Assembly (NCBI GenBank): GCA_965206595.1 | Contig: OZ242214.1 | Coordinates: forward strand, 1,312,001 to 1,376,000 | Source of the DNA: Candidatus Latescibacterota bacterium | Lineage (GTDB): Bacteria; Latescibacterota; UBA2968; UBA8231 | Direction: 5' to 3' | DNA length: 64,000 bases | Shown: positions 58,768-64,000 of the stretch, one piece after another | Numbering within the stretch: position 1 is the first letter of the stretch | Layout: every line of letters starts with the position of its first letter | Position numbers and translations under genes: made by a program | The notes under the pieces: model-generated | The model's database searches: none | Told to the model about the DNA's origin: nothing | Seen by the model: only the letters and a program-made list of their open reading frames with translations

Positions 58768-59919
58768 GTGAAGCTCTCCCGGACAGGCCGCAGAATCGAA
58801 GCCGAGCACGGCGTCATCGCCAGCTTTCCCGACGACTTTTTCGGCTATTTCGGCTGGCCTACCATCGCGCGCATGCCGGACGGAACCATTGTCGCGGCCG
58901 CCTCGGGGCTGCGCAACGAGCACGTCTGCCCGTTCGGGCGCAGCGTCTTCTTTTCCAGCGCGGACGAAGGCCGCACCTGGTCGAGCCCGCGCGTCGTCAA
59001 CGACTCGCCGCTCGACGACCGCGACACCGGGATTGTGAGCTGCGGCGGCCGGCGCCTGCTGCTGACCTGGTTCACCACCGACAACCGCCGGCAGCTCGAG
59101 CGCCGCTCCGGGGATCTCGACGAGGAGGCGCGGCGCCGCTGGGAGCAGGGGTTGCTGCGGGCCGGGGCTCCGGATGCCGGGGAGTGGGTCGGGGCCTGGG
59201 GGCGGACGAGCGCGGACGGCGGCGACAGCTGGTCCCACCCGATCCGGGTGCCGCAGACGGCCCCGCACGGGCCGATCCTGCTGGCGAACGGGGAGCTGCT
59301 GTTTTTCGGGAAGCTGTTCGAGGTCGACATGGCCGGCTTCTCCGCGGGCATCGGCGCCATCGCCGCCATGAGGAGCAGGGACTTCGGCCGCACCTGGGAG
59401 CCGCTGGGAACGGTGCCCCCGTTCGCAGGGACCGAGGAGGGGAACTACCACGAACCCCACGTCGCCGAGCTGCCCGGGGGCAAGCTGGTGGGGTTGATAC
59501 GCCTCGAGCCTGCCCGGGAAGGGGCCGACCCCGCCGATCTCGGGCTGGAGCGGTTCATGCAGATGTACACCGAATCGAACGACGGCGGCGTCACCTGGTC
59601 GCGCGCGCAACCGATGAACTTCCACGGCTCCCCGCCGCATCTGCTCACGCACTCGAGCGGGGCCCTGGTGGGAACCTACGGGCGCCGCCGCGAGCCGTAC
59701 GGCGAGCGCGCCATGATAAGTTTTGACCAGGGGGAGAGCTGGCAGTACGACTACATCCTGCGCGACGACGGTCCCGACAGCGACCTCGGGTACCCGTCGA
59801 GCGTCGAGTTGGACGACGGCAGCATACTGACCGCCTATTACCAGAAACCGCGGGCGGTCGAGGACAAGTGCGCGTTTCTCTGGAGCAAGTGGAGACTACC
59901 CGACCCGAAAGGAGCTTGA
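58768..59919 (+). CDS. Sialidase-like BNR/Asp-box beta-propeller protein
   Basis: Five SxDxGxTW-type boxes, 'EPHVAEL', 'DLGYPSSVEL'; no signal peptide; AGGAG RBS. Confidence 0.85.
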   Translation: MKLSRTGRRIEAEHGVIASFPDDFFGYFGWPTIARMPDGTIVAAASGLRNEHVCPFGRSVFFSSADEGRTWSSPRVVNDSPLDDRDTGIVSCGGRRLLLTWFTTDNRRQLERRSGDLDEEARRRWEQGLLRAGAPDAGEWVGAWGRTSADGGDSWSHPIRVPQTAPHGPILLANGELLFFGKLFEVDMAGFSAGIGAIAAMRSRDFGRTWEPLGTVPPFAGTEEGNYHEPHVAELPGGKLVGLIRLEPAREGADPADLGLERFMQMYTESNDGGVTWSRAQPMNFHGSPPHLLTHSSGALVGTYGRRREPYGERAMISFDQGESWQYDYILRDDGPDSDLGYPSSVELDDGSILTAYYQKPRAVEDKCAFLWSKWRLPDPKGA

Positions 59920-59922
59920 GCC

Positions 59923-60852
59923 GTGATAACCGACAAGGTGCTGGGAGCGTACGCAGCGGTGGGGTCGCTGGCCCCTGCCGAGCAGGCGGAGTGGTATGGG
60001 AAGGCGTGCAGCGAGTGGAAGATCGACACCTTCGAGATTCCGCTGCTGGGAGGAGTACCCCTGGCCCCGGAGCTCGTCGAGGCGTTCACCGCGGGCTCCG
60101 CCTCCCTGGTGGTCACCATGGTGGCGCAGTGGGCGACCAAGGGGCAGCAAAGCCCCGGGTACGGACTCTCGTCCCTCGACGAGGGGCTGCGCCGCGAAGC
60201 CCTGCTCGACGTCCAGTCGGCCATCCAGCAGTGCCGGGCCCTCAAGCACCGGGGGATCGGCATCCGCGCCCTCGAGCTTCACACCGGGCGGCGGACCGGC
60301 AGCGCCGTTGCCCACGCCGTTTCCTTCGCGCGGAGTCTGCAGGAGCTCGGCGAGGCCGCGGCCGCGGCCCTGCCGGAATGCGAGCTGACCGTCGAGGTGA
60401 CCGACAGTCTGCCGCCCGAGCACCCCATCGCGTTTCCCGGGGCCAAGAAGGCGTCCCTGCAAACAGGGGAACTGATCGAGGCGGTGGCCGCCGTCAACCG
60501 GAGCCTCACAGGAAGGCCGATCTTCCTGGCCCTCAACTGGGGCAGGCTGCTGATCAACGGCGACCTTCCCCTCGACGTCGTCGAGCAGGTGCTCGCATCG
60601 CCGGTGCCGCTCGGGGGGGTGATCCTGTCCGGGGCGAATCCGACGCCCGACGGGTTCGCAGACGCCCACAACTCCCACCTCGACCTGGGCAGCGGCTTCA
60701 CCGCCGCGGACGCCCGCGCCTGCGCCGAGGCGCTCCAGGCCGCGGACGACTCCTGCTTCATCGGCATGAAGTGCGGGGTGACCTCGAGCGCGGGGGAACT
60801 GACGCCGGAGCAGGTGCTGACCGCGGAGGCGGAGTTTCTCAACGGCGTGTAG
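59923..60852 (+). CDS. DUF4862-like TIM-barrel protein
   Basis: 'LGAYAA', 'FEIP', 'YGLSSLDEGLR', 'ELH', 'LNWGR', 'GVILSGA', 'ADAH'. Confidence 0.7.
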   Translation: MITDKVLGAYAAVGSLAPAEQAEWYGKACSEWKIDTFEIPLLGGVPLAPELVEAFTAGSASLVVTMVAQWATKGQQSPGYGLSSLDEGLRREALLDVQSAIQQCRALKHRGIGIRALELHTGRRTGSAVAHAVSFARSLQELGEAAAAALPECELTVEVTDSLPPEHPIAFPGAKKASLQTGELIEAVAAVNRSLTGRPIFLALNWGRLLINGDLPLDVVEQVLASPVPLGGVILSGANPTPDGFADAHNSHLDLGSGFTAADARACAEALQAADDSCFIGMKCGVTSSAGELTPEQVLTAEAEFLNGV

Positions 60853-60876
60853 GCTGCCATTGCGCCTGCCCGCCCC

Positions 60877-61752
60877 TCAGGACGGCCGAATCGAGTAGCT
60901 GTTTTTCGCCCGCAGCAGCAGGTTGGTCGATGCGAGGTCCCACACCTCGTTGAACACCGTCGGCTTCGGCCTCGGGGGCGGGTACCCCTCCGGGGCGTTG
61001 GCCGGGTCGATCAGCTCCTGGCGGTCCAGACCCCGCGGCCGGTCGAGCCACTCCTTCTCCGATTCGGCCGCCTTCACCTCCCGACGCAGGATGAACTCGA
61101 CGCGGTCGAAGCGGGTGAGGGCGACGTCGGCGACGAAGGTCCGCCTCAGGTCGGCGCCGTCCCAGGTGCCGAGATCCGGCAGCAGGATCGGCCCGGTGCA
61201 GACCTGGAACTGCGGCGGGTCGGTGTTGACGTTGATGAGGTTGACGGGGAACTCGACGGTCACCTCGAGGCCGCTCGTCTCGTCGCGCCAGGTGCAGACT
61301 CCGTTCAACAGGTCGTCGCCGAGAGAGGCATCGACGATCTGCCGGCGCGTCGTGAGCTCATCGCCGCCGTCGAAACAGCGGATGACGATGCGGTGATCGG
61401 CCCAGGCTTCGGCGTGCGGTGTCATCCGCGAAGGCTCCTGTTCCCCGCTGGGACGCGCCGCGATGGTGTAGGCCCCGGCGCGGCTGAAGGCCATGCGCCA
61501 CTCGCCGCTGGGTATCTGGAAGAGGTTGCTGTCGGCGATGGTGTACTCGCTGCGGCAGGGAGAGCCGAGAAACAGCTCAAGTCCGTCCCCGGAGCCGGGC
61601 TCGCGAATCCTGCATGCGGACTGAAGGTTGAAGCGGACGCGGTAGACCTCCCCGTCTTCGCCGACGAATCCGCCCATGTATTTGAAAAAGGGGTCCGGCT
61701 CGTGGGGGCGGCTTTCCCAGGTGAAGGAAGAGGCGTGAAAGTTGATCATCAT
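60877..61752 (-). CDS. Hypothetical protein
   Basis: GC3-biased 291-aa ORF, TGATG-coupled to the NanA-like gene. Confidence 0.7.
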   Translation of the reverse strand: MMINFHASSFTWESRPHEPDPFFKYMGGFVGEDGEVYRVRFNLQSACRIREPGSGDGLELFLGSPCRSEYTIADSNLFQIPSGEWRMAFSRAGAYTIAARPSGEQEPSRMTPHAEAWADHRIVIRCFDGGDELTTRRQIVDASLGDDLLNGVCTWRDETSGLEVTVEFPVNLINVNTDPPQFQVCTGPILLPDLGTWDGADLRRTFVADVALTRFDRVEFILRREVKAAESEKEWLDRPRGLDRQELIDPANAPEGYPPPRPKPTVFNEVWDLASTNLLLRAKNSYSIRPS

Positions 61753-62666
61753 CAGGCTCCGCTAACGGTTAAAGCCGGCTCCAGCGCCAGCTGCTCGAGG
61801 GCGCGGTCGACCGCGCCCCGCTGTTCGTCGCTCAGGGGCAGGGCGGGCAGCCGCGGATTCCCGCACTCGATCCCCAGCCGCCTGCCGAGCACGTGCTTGC
61901 ATATGGCGACGTAACGGCCGCCTTCGAAGAGGGAGATCAGGGCCTCGACCACATTCGAAGCCCGGGTTTGCGCCCGGCGCGCCGCCTCGAGGTCGCCGGC
62001 CTGAAATGCCTGCCAGATCGCCACCCAGAATTCGGGGGCGATGTTCGGCGGGCCGTCCACGCAGCCGACGGCTCCCGTGGTCATGGCCGGGAGCATCCAG
62101 TGGCAGGAGCCGGTGAAGGTCGCCAGCCCCATGGAGGAGAAGACGCGGATGTTGTGGAAGTTCGGCGCCGAGTGCTTGAGGCCGGTCAGCTGGGGAACCG
62201 CATCCTGCAGCTTCTTCATCAGGTCGGCGGTGATCTCGACGTTGGTGCAGGTCGGCAGGTTGTAGCAGAAGAAGGGCAGGTCCGCGGCCGCGGCCACGGC
62301 GCGGTAGTGCTCGACGATCTCCTCCTCCCTGCGGGGGTAGAAGAAAGTTGGCACGCAGCAGATCGCATCCGCCCCGGCCGCGGCGGCGTGCTCGGCCAGG
62401 GCCGCGGCCCGGCGCGTGGTGAGAGCCCCGACGTGGTGGATGTGTACGGCCCTGCCGCGGCAGACCTCGGCGGCGATTTCGGCGATGCGCCGGTTCTCCT
62501 CGTCGTCGAGCAGCACGCTCTCCCCGGTGCCGCCGGCGACCCAGAAGCCGTGAACGCCGCCGGCGATGTTGAATTCCAGGATCCGCCGCAGGCTCTCCTC
62601 GTGCAGGCTGCCGTCGGCCCGCATCGGGGTGACGAGAGCGGGAACGACCCCCTTGAACTGGTTCAT
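61752..62666 (-). CDS. DapA/N-acetylneuraminate lyase family
   Basis: 'GVVPALVTP', 'AGGTGES', 'CYNLP', 'GLKHS'; AAGGAA RBS. Confidence 0.88.
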   Translation of the reverse strand: MNQFKGVVPALVTPMRADGSLHEESLRRILEFNIAGGVHGFWVAGGTGESVLLDDEENRRIAEIAAEVCRGRAVHIHHVGALTTRRAAALAEHAAAAGADAICCVPTFFYPRREEEIVEHYRAVAAAADLPFFCYNLPTCTNVEITADLMKKLQDAVPQLTGLKHSAPNFHNIRVFSSMGLATFTGSCHWMLPAMTTGAVGCVDGPPNIAPEFWVAIWQAFQAGDLEAARRAQTRASNVVEALISLFEGGRYVAICKHVLGRRLGIECGNPRLPALPLSDEQRGAVDRALEQLALEPALTVSGA

Positions 62667-62831
62667 TTTCTGTTCCTTCGTAGTGAAAAGTTGGCACCGA
62701 CAAACAGGGTGTCCGATTGCGGGCCGTCAAACCTGCGTGCGCGGGGATCGCCGGCGGAACCCGCGGGCGGCGCCTCAACGTCGGCGAATGATCCGGGGAA
62801 CGATAACCATACTTCACCAGGAGAGAACGAA

Positions 62832-63305
62832 ATGGCCGCTGCAGTCGCGTACACGTCGAAAGTGGGAATAGAGAGGGTGAAGGGGCCGCTGCGGCGCGCC
62901 ACCCTGCCCGTGGAGCCGGAGCCGGTGCTGTTCGGCGTCCATTCCGAGGTCGCCGAACACTACGGGGTCGACCTCGACGTCGTCGAGCCCCACGCCACCA
63001 CCCTCGACTACGTGGTTGCCGCCGCGGCCGGGTGACTGACCGGAACCTTCGGGGGCGCGCTGGAGGCGCGCGACGTAGCGGCCGGCGAGGGCCTGCTGTG
63101 GTCCGAGGCGACCGGGGAGATCGAGAAGGAAGGGGGCGTGCTGGTCATCAAGCGGATTCACGTGAAGTACCGCCTGAAAATCGACGCGGCGAACCGCGAC
63201 AAGGCGGAGCGGGTGATGAAGGCGCACGTGGCCTACTGTCCGGTGGCGCGGTCGCTGGCCGGCAGCATCGACATCACCACCGAGCTCGAAATGCTGGACG
63301 CGTGA
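62832..63305 (+). CDS. OsmC-family protein with in-frame UGA (probable selenoprotein, 157 aa)
   Basis: AGGAGAG RBS; 'TTLDYVVAAAAG-UGA-LTGTFGGALEAR...VLVIKRIHVKYRL...YCPVARSL'; both halves in the same frame. Confidence 0.85.
63036..63072 (+). promoter_or_regulatory. Candidate bacterial SECIS element
   Basis: GCGCGC-TGGAG-GCGCGC hairpin; loop begins 25 nt after the UGA and has G at position 2. Confidence 0.6.
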
Positions 63306-63306
63306 A

Positions 63307-63375
63307 GTGAAGATCGCGCTGATCGGCTACCGCGCCTCGGGGAAATCGACGTTGGGCCGCGAGCTGTCGCGGCCG
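63307..63375 (+). pseudogene. aroK: N-terminal stub of shikimate kinase
   Basis: GTG-KIALIGYRASGKSTLGRELSR (Walker A), then similarity ends before the TA promoter. Confidence 0.7.
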
Positions 63376-63414
63376 GCCGGGGCCCCTACGAGGCAGAGGC
63401 AGCCTGCCGGCACC

Positions 63415-63456
63415 TTGACGTGATTTTCGCGACATGTACAATACATCTGTACATGT
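63415..63456 (+). promoter_or_regulatory. yefM-yoeB promoter/operator
   Basis: TTGACG-N16-TACAAT overlapped by ACATGTACA-N7-TGTACATGT; TGTACA core is typical of YefM operators. Confidence 0.8.
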
Positions 63457-63473
63457 ACATCGGGAGAATAAAA

Positions 63474-63764
63474 ATGACCGCCATAACGACCTATACCCAG
63501 GCCAGAGCCGAGTTCGCATCGCTCTGCGCCGAAGTTGCCTCCACGCGCGAGCCCGTGATCATACGGCGGCGCAACGCCGAGGATGTCGCGCTGGTTTCGG
63601 CCGCCGAACTGGCCAGCCTTCTCGAGACCGCTCATCTCCTGAGATCGCCCAGAAACGCCCAACGTCTTCTTGCGGCTATCGACCGCGCACAGAGCCGGGC
63701 GTTGTCTCCTTCTTCCGTGGAAGATCTCCGCAGGGAGCTCGGGCTTGTCCAAGAGGACGAGTAG
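63474..63764 (+). CDS. yefM: Phd/YefM antitoxin
   Basis: 'TYTQARAEFASL', 'EPVIIRRR', 'SLLETAHLLRSPRNAQRL'. Confidence 0.92.
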   Translation: MTAITTYTQARAEFASLCAEVASTREPVIIRRRNAEDVALVSAAELASLLETAHLLRSPRNAQRLLAAIDRAQSRALSPSSVEDLRRELGLVQEDE

Positions 63765-64000
63765 AGGTGCACCTTCCACCCGCGAGTGGACAGGGGTATT
63801 CCATCCCGAATTCGTCGAAGATCTGCGTTACTGGGTAAGCACCAACCGCAAGGTCAGCCTGCGCGCCTTCGACCTGATACAGGCCGTGCTCGGCGACCCA
63901 TTCTCAGGCATCGGCAAACCGGAACCCCTCAAATACCTCCCGTCCGGAACCTGGTCGCGGCGTCTTACGGAAGAGCATCGCCTGGTGTACATGGCAAGCG
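63745..64000 (+). CDS. yoeB: Txe/YoeB toxin, runs off the window; absent from the ORF track
   Basis: 'FVEDLRYW...DPFSGIGKPEPLKY...WSRRLTEEHRLVY'; TTG start uncertain. Confidence 0.9.
   Translation, partial: MSKRTSRGAPSTREWTGVFHPEFVEDLRYWVSTNRKVSLRAFDLIQAVLGDPFSGIGKPEPLKYLPSGTWSRRLTEEHRLVYMAS

Overview
GC-rich bacterial chromosome segment. DUF6785-type membrane protein, PhyH/GH-like/amidohydrolase paralogues and a C-terminal 'TAVExxTWGxxK' motif suggest a Latescibacterota/Poribacteria-like organism (inference only). A catabolic and transport backbone (Gfo/Idh/MocA, epimerase, MFS-spermidine synthase fusion, GDPD-YbbAP-TesA, PhyH-M20-NSAR/OSBS-amidohydrolase, and a sialidase/DapA-NanA/DUF4862 cluster) is interrupted by lower-GC accessory DNA: three toxin-antitoxin pairs, an AAA-DUF234 ATPase, a PD-(D/E)XK nuclease, a 1645-aa nuclease-NACHT (NLR-like) gene and a decayed defence island (type I RM, AlbA-HATPase, putative QatB/QueC-like pair) hit by IS1380 and IS630. 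Main observations: (1) a 5.8-kb cargo with Cre-like recombinases and an ECF sigma factor sits between 1.15-kb imperfect direct repeats and begins with an IS91/ISCR-like oriIS remnant, which resembles ISCR1 'complex integron' capture; (2) three related IS91-like end modules are present; (3) an OsmC-family gene missed by the ORF track has an in-frame UGA and a SECIS-like hairpin; (4) a single IS1380 joins two convergent, truncated defence genes. No rRNA, tRNA or CRISPR array was found. All family assignments come from motif recognition, not database searches.
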